Shown here: positions 26,634 to 38,856 of the stretch, in pieces
Numbering within the stretch: the stretch's first letter is position 1
Layout: every line of letters begins with the position of its first letter
Position numbers and translations under genes: made by a program
Notes under the pieces: model-generated
Database searches by the model: none
Seen by the model: only the letters and a program-made list of their open reading frames with translations
What the model was told of the DNA's origin: nothing
Source: Monocercomonoides exilis PA203
Taxonomy: Eukaryota > Protista > Preaxostyla
DNA length: 64,000 nt
Direction of reading: 5' to 3'
NCBI GenBank assembly: GCA_001643675.2
Contig: LSRY02000016.1
Span: forward strand, 868,001-932,000

Positions 26634-28168
26634 AAGAAAATTTTTATAAGCAATCCATTTCATTTCTGGATTCTTCTTTAGACAGCATATTATTTTTTAT
26701 TTTATTTTAAGCAATCATTATCTTTATGGTTTTTTATTTTATTTTTTTTCCAATTTTTTTAGCAAAGAATATTTCTTTATTTTGCCATTGATACCGATGG
26801 GAAGTGATTTGAGATCATGATATGTTCCAATTTATATTTCTCTCTATCTCTTTTTTTCAATTTTTAATTTTAATTTTTTTTTTCCATTTTTTTTTATCGT
26901 TGCCGCCATCATATGTCAGCTAAATTCTTATCTTTATATGTTATTTTTAATTTTAATTTTTTCACATTTTAATATTTTAATATTTATATTTTTATTTTTA
27001 TTTTTCACTCGTTGTGATTTCATTGAGTTTGAATTTAAAAAAAAAAAATTTTTTTTTTTAAATAAAGGCAGAGTTTAGGTTTATAGACATTGAATTATTG
27101 TTACTCCAAAAATAAGTTTATTGTTGGCGGACATTGTGTATTATCTATTTAAATTATTGATGTGCTCTTTGCATCGATTATTTTTCTGAAGATGTTATTC
27201 TATTCATATTTTTGCTTAATATATATAATGTTAGTGTATTCAGCTTTTGTATAATAATAAATTTAAATTAAAATAAAAATGCAACCAATGAGAAATAATT
27301 TAATTATTCATCCTTTTTGAATACAAACTTTCATTCAGGATTTGATCTTTTTTAATGTTGCGAAAAGGAAATTTTGGTTTCTCTCAAAAGATTCTTTAAT
27401 AGCAAGCATCCATCTTAAATTCAAAAATTATAACTTTATTTCTCTTGAGAATTGAAGTTAGATCAAAACTTGAGAGAAAATGCAGTATCTGCTATGATCA
27501 GTCTAAATATTTAGTTAGAAGAATGAAAATTTCAATTGTTCATTTTCTGATTCACAGTATTAAAGAAGCTATCAAAAGTTGTTCAACGCGCAAAAAATAA
27601 TTCTTCATTTTGCTAAATATTCTTTTGGAAAGAAAATGTTTATTCATTTTCAAAGTGAATTAAAAAATAGAAGCAAGATATACAAAAGCTTACCGGTATC
27701 AATCTTCAATAGTGACATGATTTCATTAAATGTGCTAAAGAAATGAGCGAATACACAAAAGTGAATTAAATGCTCGAAAAAAATTTTCAAATGGTGAGAA
27801 CAACTCTTTGCCATCATTTGACAGCCACGAAGGAAAATGAAATCACTTATCAAAGCAAATTTTTCATTGACGAAAACCGGAATTTTCACAACAAATCAAA
27901 ATAAAGAATAAAATTCTATGATTGTACAGTCGTACAAAAAAATAAAAGGTTTTAATGAACGCAATGCCTACGCCAAAATTATTAAAAGCTTAACGCTGTG
28001 ATAATTTCCAAAGCCTTTAAGCGATACTCATGTCAAACAATCAATTTGATACCACATTTCAAATTAAAAAGAGAAAAATACTTTAAAAATGGATAAAATA
28101 AAACAAAAAAAATTTTTTCAAAAAAAGATTTTGGATTTTCGAATCAATTGAAATTTGTAGAAAAAAAT

Positions 28169-29983
28169 TTACTGTGACTCAACAAATGGTGAAGCATTAT
28201 TTGCATTGATTTCTGCAGATGTTTCTGCAGCAACACCAGCCATATGCCTAAACACTACGCGAACAAAACACGCAAAGCAGCCGATTGTAACTGTGCATCC
28301 GAGCGAGAACCAGTTGAGCATCAGGCAGAAGGAGGTAAATTGCATAAGGCCAGACGGAGTGGCAAACACTGGACTATCTCCATTGGCAATGTCAAATGGA
28401 TAGACGATTGTGTATTTGGTAAAAGGGTTCTTTTGCCAGTTGCGTATGTAAAACTGAGAAAGTTATTTATAAATAAAAATAAAAATAAAATAAAAATAAA
28501 ATAATTAACAATAGAGAGAAAAGTTAAAAATAATTGATAGAAGTGGATATAAGTGGAAAAAAGAAAAGAACAAAAAATGGAAAAAAAATGTTTTCAAAAA
28601 TTAATTAATTACTCTACCAAGAAAAAAAAAAAGAAAGAAAGAAGAAAGAAAGAAAGAAAATGGTTGAACACTCAATCAAAAACTGCTTAAAATTCTGTTA
28701 AAATTTCAAAGAAAACACGAATGTTATTGTCAAAAAGGATTCATTCATTGCATACGCATAATCTGTGTGGCATCGTTTGGATAATATTTCCTTCTTTGGA
28801 CATGGTGTTCCAGCTGTACCGTGTAATAGCGAGGAAAACAGAGCCAATAAATGTCCATATAAACGAAAACATGCGGAAGATGGTCCAGGAAAGAAGACCA
28901 ATCTTGTACATCAGTTTAGCATTTCCTTTCTCCTCGGTAATCACATTGAACGGAGAGGAAAAAATGGATGGTGTATCCGCTTTCAGCACCTGCGCAGGCT
29001 TTGACATAACAATCATGTGCAACGCAAGATCTGCAAATCCTGCCAATGAATCTACAAGCATCCATGCAGGCATGAAATATCCCTTTTCGCATCCGCTGTT
29101 CAAGAAAATCTGCCTTTCAAGACCTTTTGGCAAGCCATTGTTCGCAAGATACACAACGCTGCAAATAAATTCAGCAAGGAGCCATAAAAGTTGAGGAAGC
29201 AAATAGATGATAAGGCAATTGATCCCTTGAAAAGGGAAAAAACAAAATGAAACGAATTTTTTCATCACATATTTTTCGATTTTCTGCAAAAATTCTGGTA
29301 AGTCGCTTGATGATGTCGTTAGCTTTGAAGGAGATTTCTCTTTCTTTTTCTTTTTCTCTTTCTCTTTTGATTTAGCTGGAATCACTTCTTTCGCAGCGGA
29401 TTCTGAAGCGGGCTGCTGATTTGATACTGTGTTCTCTTCAACTGAAACGACAGGTTCTGAACTTTTAGCGGGTTCCGAAGTTGTGTTTTCGCTTGTTGCA
29501 CTCATGTCACTTGCAGATGTTGAAGTTTCATCAACACTTCTATGAAATGTGGCAACAGATTGTGCTTCGTCACTTGCACCTGGAGGGATTTCAAATCCTT
29601 CAGCTATGGAGTCTTTGGTGTCTTCAGTAGAATTATTTTCTGGTTCTTCTTCGGTTATTTCTGGATCACCAGGAAAATTCCATTGTGGAGATCCTCCCTC
29701 TTTTTTGAATTAGAAATTAAAAAACAATGAGTAAAGTTAACAATAGTCATCAAGATATTAAACCTTGATAATAATATGTATTTCCTTTTAGTGATAAAAT
29801 TGTATTTAAGATTCAAGAACATTAAAATATTTTCTGAAAAAAGATCTCAAACCAGATTCTTCGTCAACGCTTGAAAACCATCCTTAAAAAACGAAATATG
29901 TGCATGCGAAGTTATTTTAATAACTTTAAGTATTCTAACAATGTAATACCTTCGGGGAGTGGCCTTTCTTCCTTTTCGCTCAT
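28169..29983 (-). CDS. four-TM membrane protein (TMEM272-like topology) with acidic N-terminus
   Basis: ATG at 29983 and three inferred GT-AG introns (~29883-29949, ~29698-29852, ~28454-28755) join the ORFs 28741-29505 and 28169-28369. Four hydrophobic segments, with C...PAW.LV and FSFIWTFIGSVF motifs. The family assignment is tentative. Confidence 0.6.
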
Positions 29984-30601
29984 TCTTAATTAACAAATAA
30001 ATGGGATGGATCGATTTTTAATAAAAAATCATTATGTTCGATAAATATTGTATTCACTTCAAAAATATGTTTTTATATTCTTGAAATGATGATGAAATAG
30101 AATATTATGCTAAAGGATTCCTGTGTTCAGAATAATATGATTTCTATTAAAGACAAGACGCTATATTTTGATATAAATTTGAAGATAATAAAACTCTTCA
30201 TTTTTTTATATGTAAGTATCGCTTGCTTAGAAACAATGAATGAATTTGTGAACTTGAAATGTGTAATTATTTTCTATTTCCTTTCCACTAATATGTTTCC
30301 AACAGAACTCGATTGCCGACTAGTATAATTTATCACAAATATCAATTTTTCCAAACAAAGCAAACCAATTCATTCACGACTGTGCATGTTGATTTAATAT
30401 TACCGAAATGATGAAATGACTGTTTTGACTGTTAAAAGTGTCAGACAAAATAAGTATTCGATATTTAATAATTACATAATGTCCTCTGAATTTAATGAAA
30501 AAGAAAATGTAAAAGAAAGAAAATAAGTTGCTTGAAATAAACAGAAATTTTGTTTGATGAAGAAATGTGAAACAGTTTGATTTAAAATGGAGTTACAACA
30601 T

Positions 30602-30862
30602 GGGTTGTTATTTTTGAATCCATATATTATCTGTGAAAAAATATATGTTTGAAAATTTTCTTTGAACATTAACAAATGAACGCTGAAATGTGTTTTCTCC
30701 TTTCAAAGAATAATTTTTCCATGAAAAGTATCAAAAACATTGTCTTTTTTTAAATTTTATCCTGATTTTTTCTTTTTAAATGGAATAATTCCTATACAAA
30801 ATATTAAGTTTTTTTAAGAATCAACACTCCTAGAAAAGTTATGATTTCACAAATTATCACCC
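30602..30862. mobile_element. degenerate ~261-bp MITE with GGGT...ACCC termini (copy 1)
   Basis: Left end GGGTTGTTATTTTTGAATCCATA; right end reverse-complements to GGGTGATAATTTGTGAAATCATA. Flanks are ACAT / ATAT. Confidence 0.55.
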
Positions 30863-31371
30863 ATATGTCCAAATATTTTTGAAAAGTTCTTTTTGTTTTA
30901 TTTTCAGGTGAAAATGAAAATTAAATATTTTCATTAAAATTTTATTCCAACTCACCAACTTTCACTGGAATGAGAATTTTCACATTTTCAAGATTTTGTT
31001 TTCATGACAGCGAAATTCGGTGAGTAGGAGAAGAAAATTGATGAAAATCTGAAATTTTTATATTTCAGAAAAATAAAACAGGGTGATCATTTTTGAAATC
31101 ATAAGCTTTATGCCAAAAAAATCAAAATTAATATAAAGAATTTTCATTTGGAAATATTTTTTCAAAAAGTTGAAATTTTCTTTGTTTGAAGAAGGCCATC
31201 AATTTTTAATTATTTATCCATCAATATCGCAAATGCATCACATCCAACATTGAAATTTCCACAGTCTTGCTCAAGGAAAGGATTAAAGAAATTATTCACA
31301 CCCAGAAAAAAGTTATGATTTCAAAAATAACTACCCAACAAAAGGAACTTTTCAAAAAATTTAGACATATG
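30863..31371. repeat. old imperfect palindrome (foldback relic) interrupted by MITE copy 2
   Basis: 30863-30897 is the reverse complement of 31337-31371. 30894-30967 is the imperfect reverse complement of 31008-31080. Confidence 0.6.
31081..31336. mobile_element. degenerate ~256-bp MITE with GGGT...ACCC termini (copy 2), 4-bp TSD AACA
   Basis: Starts GGGTGATCATTTTTGAAATCATAAG and ends GTTATGATTTCAAAAATAACTACCC. AACA lies on both sides. Removing the element plus one AACA restores the mirror arm of the host palindrome. Confidence 0.65.
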
Positions 31372-31869
31372 CCAAAAAGAATAGGAAAAAAATATTTGTC
31401 AAGCATTAACAAAGAATATGAAAAATTCACATATGAGAATGCTTCAAAGAACTATAAAAAAACTTACTCTACAAAATATTCATTTGATACGCAAGATGCA
31501 TTCAGATGAAAGATTTCCGAAAGATTGTCATTTCATATAAAAAAAGAGTGAAAAGGTTAAAAACGAAAACCTTTTCTTTTAAATACCTTGCGAAAAATGA
31601 ACAAAGTTATTTATCTGAATAAAAATAACTTTTTTTTTTGACTTTTTGAAAAAAATAATTTTTCTTTGCATCACAATTTTTGATTCGAAAATCACATTTC
31701 TCTTCTATCATCTTCCTCAATTACCTTTTAAAAGCTTTTTCTGCTAGTTTTTGCAATGTTTCTGTTCACATTTGTTCTTGATTGATTTCTTGCACTTGTT
31801 TGTTGCAATCCACTTTTCACACTTTTTTAAGTTATTTTTTCTCATTTTTATTCTTTGATCATGTCTTTG

Positions 31870-34800
31870 CTCTCAAATGATTTCACATTCAACACATCCA
31901 TCCATACGAATCATTCATTCTTTTTTCTCCTCTTCATGCAAAATTTCTATCGATACCTCCTTCTTCTTTTCCTCCATCAAATTCTCATTCCTCAATATTC
32001 GCTTCTCTGCCTTCTCAAATCTGCGTCATGTTTCAATTCTCCTTTTGATCTGCGAATTCACAAAATGAGCAGTTCAGAACACTCACTTCTTCTTTTGTTT
32101 CTTCTATCCTCATCTCACTCTCATTCCCACAAACAGAGTTATTCTCATAATTCACTTCCTTCATCTCCATTTCAACCTTCACTCCAACACAAATCAAACC
32201 ACATTCACTCATCACATCCCAAACTCCAATCTCACTCATCGAAACCTTTCCCTCTTTGGTGAACGAGAGAAGTGGTGCTGTGGTGTGAATCCCATCAAAT
32301 GTTGTTTCTGTCATCTTCAGCTCTCCACTCTCCACACACACAATCCTGCTCTTCATCACTTGCCCTTTCCCACATGAGCTGAACAAACACTCCGAAATCT
32401 CCAATCTCCCATCCTTCTCTTTCACAATGTTTTCCCCATCCCACCCAAACATCTCCCCAAACACAAATCCACATCTCTCCACAACACACTCATCAACAAA
32501 CACTGTCACACTTCCTCCATTCATTTCATCATCTTCAATCATTGTGTTCAAATGAATGGTTGCCTGCACTCTCTTCAATGATTTCACATTCAAATCTCCA
32601 ATCTCACACACTCCCCCAATCAGACATTCTTCTTCAATCCATTGCATATTCAAAAAATTATTTTCAATGTGTTGAATATCACAATTAATGCTCTGGCATG
32701 GTTTATTCTGTGCTCTGCACTGCCTGCTATCACTTCAATTCAGAGATACGAATTCCTGTTCCGAATAAATGAATGTGATCAATAGATTTGGTCAGCATCA
32801 ACATTTTCCTTCCGATTTCCAAACAAATCGAGTTGTTCGACGTCAAAGTATCCTGGCTGAAGTCCAGAACAAGCAGCGTCTCGTTCGCAAATTAATCATT
32901 AGAAAAACACTTGATAAGCACATCCTTGCCAACATAAACTTCATTCATCACAAATCACATGCTTTCCAGTCTCACCCCAAGAGCTGGTATTTTCGTTTCA
33001 ACCGATTCGTCTTTCGGATCAACTGCATCAATCATCACCACTCCTCCTCTCCCATCCACTGTCGAGCACATGCACATCACAAGCGAGCATCCTCTCATTT
33101 TCAATTCTGATTCCCCACTCTTCAGACACATCTTCACCCCTCCACCTTCTTTGCTCCTCTCGCTCACACACTTTGTCAGCACACACCCTTCCATCACGCA
33201 CTCCACACAAACCCCAAACGAATCCACACTCACAACACATGTACCATTCTCTCCACTCAAAATGTTTGTGAATGTCGACTCATGCAATCTCGCAACTGAA
33301 CGTGTGTTTCTTTCTTCTCTTTTCTTGAATTGGATATTATGAGATCCAACAGTCAGCGAAGTCAATATTTCACCTGACATTGTTTTGTTCAATATCGACA
33401 CATTCACCACTGAAATCACTTCCACTTCTACTCCAATCTCCATAATCACTTTCACCACAATCAACTCAGAAAGTGTGAAATCCTCAATTGCAAGACTTCC
33501 TGCATCCACTCTTTCAACACAAAACTTCATCTCTCTTGTCACTTCCTCATTCACTCCCATCTACTCTCCATCGAATAACACTATTTTGCCTGAAATTATC
33601 ACACCAAATGATGATCATGTTATTTCCTTGTTTATTGACGAAGATGAGACAATTTCAATTTCATTCACAGTGCTGCTCATTCTTGAGTTCGCACAATAAT
33701 CAACTGTCAAACACCTGAATCCATCAAATCCACAATGGTTGTGATCCATCCCATTTCTTCCACTCCCATCAACAGTCACCTTTGTTCCCATTGTGCACAA
33801 ATACACAAACAGTGGAATCATTCCATTTTCATCCCCATTTTTACTCCCACTCAGTTTCAACAAATCTGATGGAATTTCATTTGTGTCAAAAAATGAAAAT
33901 GAATTGGTATTCACTTTTGACTCCAAAAACAAACCACTCCCATTACTCACAAACACATCCTTCCCATATGATACCACATTTTCATTCACCTTCGAAAACT
34001 TCACATTTTGCCCAATTGTCAATACACATACCCCACTCACAATCAACACAAACATCCCTCCTCCTCTCCCTCCATTTCCTCCATTATTCTCTGCCTTATT
34101 CCCATTAATCACACTCGACACATTCACAACCACTTTCCCACTTTCGTGCAAAAAAACATAAAATTTTGACCATTCCAATTCTCATGCACACATTGCTCTA
34201 TTGTTGTGTTGCTCGCCACACATATCTCCTCTCCTTCGCACTCTTTGCCACAATCGTCCCATTTCCTCCTGTCAGATTCAAATTCCGAATTGTAACATTT
34301 GACTGAAAACTCTTATCTGATTCAGCTTCTCCTGATGATGGTTCAGAGAACGGAGGCTGGCTCATTTTCATGTTTTCAATCTCCACATCAATCGTCTTCA
34401 ACTGCCTCAGTGCCACTTCAAACACAGATGAAGAGATTCCACTCCCTCCTGATGTCGAAGAGTCGATCACCACATCCTCCACTGAAAGAGTCCCTATCCC
34501 CACAGACACCACAAACACACTCGGCGATGAGCTTCTTGCCGCGTTGTGGTCGATCCCCACATTCCCCACCTCCAGTTGATCAGAAAAAACGCGAAACAGC
34601 GTTGTCGATGAAGAAGAAAGAGAATTCGTCCCAATCACACTCACTGTCTTCCCTCTCCCAGTTATTATTATCTTCTTATCCCTGACATTGATCGTCACCT
34701 CTTCGCTCACATGCCTCCCACCCAGCACTGTGATTGTCCAGCTCAGCTGTACCATGCTCGACGCCACTGCATGTCCCACTGTCTTGAAATGTGATGACTC

Positions 34801-36100
34801 ACTAATCCCACACAGTTTGTTTGTATCTTCCACACTCACTCCAACATATCGATCATTTGCCTCCTTCTTCATCCAATCTTTCATTTCTATGGACAGAAAT
34901 GCCCAACTATTTGACTGCATCTTTGCAAAATATTTTCTTTTGAAATAAGAATATGTTGAATAGAATTCATGAAACGGATTGTTTGACATTTTCAAATGAT
35001 AAAGATTTTTGTTTTGCAAAAAATCATGCAATTGTGGAATATAATCAGTGCATTTGCGATCAAAGAAGATAAAAAATTAATAATTAATGATTGTTGCTTG
35101 GAGCTGTTGATTTTTCCAGATGCAATCAAAATCCTCCTATCTCTTGAAGCGCGAACATGAAATGCAATGAATGCATCATATTCGAAATTGTTCAATAACA
35201 AATTGACAAAGAATTCCTCCACCACATTTATCCATGAGAAAGCATTAAGTGAAAAAAGGAGTTCAACACACACGTACTCTCTCCTTCTCCATTTTCTTCC
35301 TCTTGCGTCCTTGCTCCAATGCTTTGAGAGAAACAAGAAACAGTCCTCCTCCATGATTGAATGCTTTGCATGCTTGGAATTCTCATCCGCTGATTTGGAC
35401 ACATTAAATAACAAAATAAGCACACATGCTCCAGCATTAATTTGAGCATTTCATGAATTTTGAATATTATTCAAAATCTCAACTGATTTGATTGAATAAT
35501 ACATGAATGTCTTCCTGGTTAATGTGCGTTGTAGTTTTTGAATCAACAATTTTGAAAAAAAAAAGTTCTCCACTTTTCAAAATACTCGTTCAGAGTGTCC
35601 CTCTGCCAGATATCCCATCTGAAAATGAAATGTCTGTTCCTTTTGTCTTTGATGAATTCCTTTCACACCAAGGAAATGTGTTTATTCCTTTGATTGTTTC
35701 AATTTGCATTAAAAGGAATTTTTGTTTCTTCAGTTCCATTGATTTCAACATTAAACATTCTCTTGCAATCAATAAAAGACTAATTCGAGATTATGAAGGA
35801 AATCTGAGTCCCGTTGAAATGAACAATAGATCCATCAAAAGCATCGCAAACCAAAGAAAACAAGAAGCCATCCATCAAAGTGGAGCTTTCCGAATAAGAT
35901 GCTGTGAAAGACACTAAAAGCGAAGGGGAAACAAAAACGTTGTAAAAGATCGATTTCGAAAGAGAAACACTCTTCATGAAAGGAGATGGCAATTATTGAA
36001 TCGAAAAGAGTATTGTCCAAAAAAATGAAAAGAACAAACTGCTATCCAACAAAGACGTGATGAAAGTTCTTTTATTGGCTTTCATGCATAAAGAGAATGA
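31870..36100 (-). pseudogene. decayed large Cys-rich surface-protein gene (same broad family as 9559-12559 and 61513-64000)
   Basis: Collinear minus-strand fragments (35992-35780, 35772-35590, 35423-34992, 35031-34198, 34178-33615, 33560-32955, 32653-32033) in shifting frames with stops. Family motifs LCGISESSHFKTVGHAV, HCGFDGFRCLTVDYC, GRGGGMFV and IPLFVYL are present. The ends are approximate. Confidence 0.7.
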
Positions 36101-36464
36101 ATAAAAGAATATTTAGTTTTTGAAGTTTTGAGAGATGCATTAACCAATATTGAACAACGACCATTTTAATCCAATAGCAAAGCCTCGCCTTCCATAATAA
36201 TACATCGCCCATTCATCAAAATTAAACTCTCTTCTCAACAAATATAAAGGCAATTCTTCTATTAGAGACTATCGCAGATTCTCTCCACATTACTGTTGAA
36301 TTCTATAAAATCATGCAAACCTTTATCCCACTTTCTCCAGATGTACTTCTTTTTTGTTCGCATTTCCTTGCTTTACTGTAAATACGTTTTTCCTCCTCAA
36401 TTCCTTCGTTGCATCCATTTCAATGTGATGTACTCATTGACCTTTTTTCTTTTCTTTTCTTTTC

Positions 36465-36497
<33 letters not shown>

Positions 36498-36516
36498 GGA
36501 AAAATATATATATATA

Positions 36517-37497
36517 GGGTCATAATTTTATTAGTACCCCGTTTTTTATTAGATCCTAAATTTTTTTTTCTCATATTGCTTTATATAGAAGCTTATACGC
36601 AATGAGAATAAATTTAAAATAAATAATATATTATTATAAGGTTGTATACAAAATATTTTTGAAAATCATTTCTTTTAAAAAAAGATCTGAATTTTTTTAG
36701 TTTTATTTTTTGATCAATGTTTTGCTCGTGTTTCCACGAGTTTTTGAAACCAAGCATTTTCCTTGTTAGCATTGTTTTTAAACTTTTCTTTTTAACATTT
36801 TTGGTTATTTTATAACTATAGAAACTCTTTTTTTTCACTAGTTTTCACACCTCACCTTTTTTTCGTAAAACTGAAATATAAACAAAGAGAATATTATTTA
36901 CACCTTTTTCTTATGTTCAAATAATGTATTATTTAGTATCATATCATATAATTAAGCTATAATATATGAATATTTGTGAATGACGAGTTTAACACGAAAA
37001 ACAAAATATCGTCTTTTTCATTTTGTGTGCCAAATGTTTTTTGTAAAATATTTTTTCCATATCACATATTTGTAACAAACAATAATACATTATTTGAACA
37101 TAAGAAAAAGGTGTAAATAATATTCTCTTTGTTTATATTTCAGTTTTACGAAAAAAAGGTGAGGTGTGAAAACTAGTGAAAAAAAAGAGTTTCTATAGTT
37201 ATAAAATAACCAAAAATGTTAAAAAGAAAAGTTTAAAAACAATGCTAACAAGGAAAATGCTTGGTTTCAAAAACTCGTGGAAACACGAGCAAAACATTGA
37301 TCAAAAAATAAAACTAAAAAAATTCAGATCTTTTTTTAAAAGAAATGATTTTCAAAAATATTTTGTATACAACCTTATAATAATATATTATTTATTTTAA
37401 ATTTATTCTCATTGCGTATAAGCTTCTATATAAAGCAATATGAGAAAAAAAAATTTAGGATCTAATAAAAAACGGGGTACTAATAAAATTATGACCC
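36517..37497. mobile_element. foldback / long-TIR non-autonomous DNA transposon FB1 (981 bp)
   Basis: Arms 36517-36933 and 37081-37497 (417 bp) appear to be exact reverse complements; the ORF track shows identical 74-aa ORFs on opposite strands. Spacer is 147 bp. Termini are GGGTCAT...ATGACCC, flanked by (TA)6 and (TA)5. Confidence 0.85.
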
Positions 37498-37507
37498 TAT
37501 ATATATA

Positions 37508-38526
37508 GGGTGATTTATAAACCCGGACTTTTTTTAAAATTCATATTTCTCGACGAGTTTAAAAAATTAAATTATAATAATTTACACAATTATGCATTAG
37601 TGTATAACACATATAACTATATACAAATTTTTATAAATTGTATTGTATATTTTTTGAAATAAATAATATTTATTTTTGAAAATCCGACTTTTGATGAATT
37701 TTTCTATTTTAATTAAACGATTCAATTCATCTTTTGCACACATAACCCATTTTTTCCATGATGCAAACAATTCTGGTTATTTTTTATTTTCCACAATTTG
37801 CTCTTTCTTATTGAATGATAATCTGTCATTTTTGAAAAATTTTGTCAATGGGACAACTTAAAAAATTTTTTTCATAAAATGCAGAAACATCGAACAAAAA
37901 CTAACACTTGCATCAATAAATATGATAGTTATATAAAATTACCGCTACATTATAATTAATAATTATTCAGTAGGGATTTCATGAATGTTATCTGTTTTGA
38001 TAATTAATGATATTTTAATGTTCATTTTCATTGAAATTCGAATAAATATTATTTTTTGAAGTCCCTGCTGTATCATTATTAATTATAATGTAGCGGTAAT
38101 TTTATATAACTATCATATTTATTGATGCAAGTGTTAGTTTTTGTTCGATGTTTCTGCATTTTATGAAAAAAATTTTTTAAGTTGTCCCATTGACAAAATT
38201 TTTCAAAAATGACAGATTATCATTCAATAAGAAAGAGCAAATTGTGGAAAATAAAAAATAACCAGAATTGTTTGCATCATGGAAAAAATGGGTTATGTGT
38301 GCAAAAGATGAATTGAATCGTTTAATTAAAATAGAAAAATTCATCAAAAGTCGGATTTTCAAAAATAAATATTATTTATTTCAAAAAATATACAATACAA
38401 TTTATAAAAATTTGTATATAGTTATATGTGTTATACACTAATGCATAATTGTGTAAATTATTATAATTTAATTTTTTAAACTCGTCGAGAAATATGAATT
38501 TTAAAAAAAGTCCGGGTTTATAAATC

Positions 38527-38530
<4 letters not shown>
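37508..38530. mobile_element. foldback / long-TIR non-autonomous DNA transposon FB2 (1023 bp)
   Basis: Arms 37508-37963 and 38075-38530 (456 bp) appear exact; the ORF track shows identical 61-aa ORFs on opposite strands. Symmetry continues imperfectly into the 111-bp spacer. Termini are GGGTGAT...ATCACCC, flanked by (TA)5 and (TA)25. Confidence 0.85.

Positions 38531-38580
<50 letters not shown>
38531..38580. repeat. (TA)25 microsatellite, host tract of the foldback elements
   Basis: Read directly. Further pieces of the tract are at 36505-36516 and 37498-37507. Confidence 0.92.
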
Positions 38581-38586
<6 letters not shown>

Positions 38587-38856
38587 AATAAACAAATAAA
38601 TAAAATAAATAATAATGAAAACTTTATATTTACATAACTTTTGAATCAGGCCATTTAACACTCTATTTTTCTTTTTAATCTTAAAATCATCTTATGTGAA
38701 GGATAAAACTCATAATTTTCAAAATGAAGTTATTCATCTGTTGATGTTTTACCTTTAAATTCAAAAAATTTGTTTATATTCGATTTTTTCAGAATAATTA
38801 TTCTTTGAAATAAGAATTTTATCCAAACAATAACCGTATTATGGTTATGATCAAAA

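Noticed and set aside
27250-28050. Possible decayed coding sequence between the cyclase and the 4-TM gene
   Set aside because: Only short ORFs with no recognisable motif, so it cannot be supported without a homology search.
36614-38362. Identical 74-aa and 61-aa ORF pairs on opposite strands
   Set aside because: They are by-products of the inverted arms. They start at GTG/TTG, have AT-driven K/F/N/I composition and show no transposase motifs.
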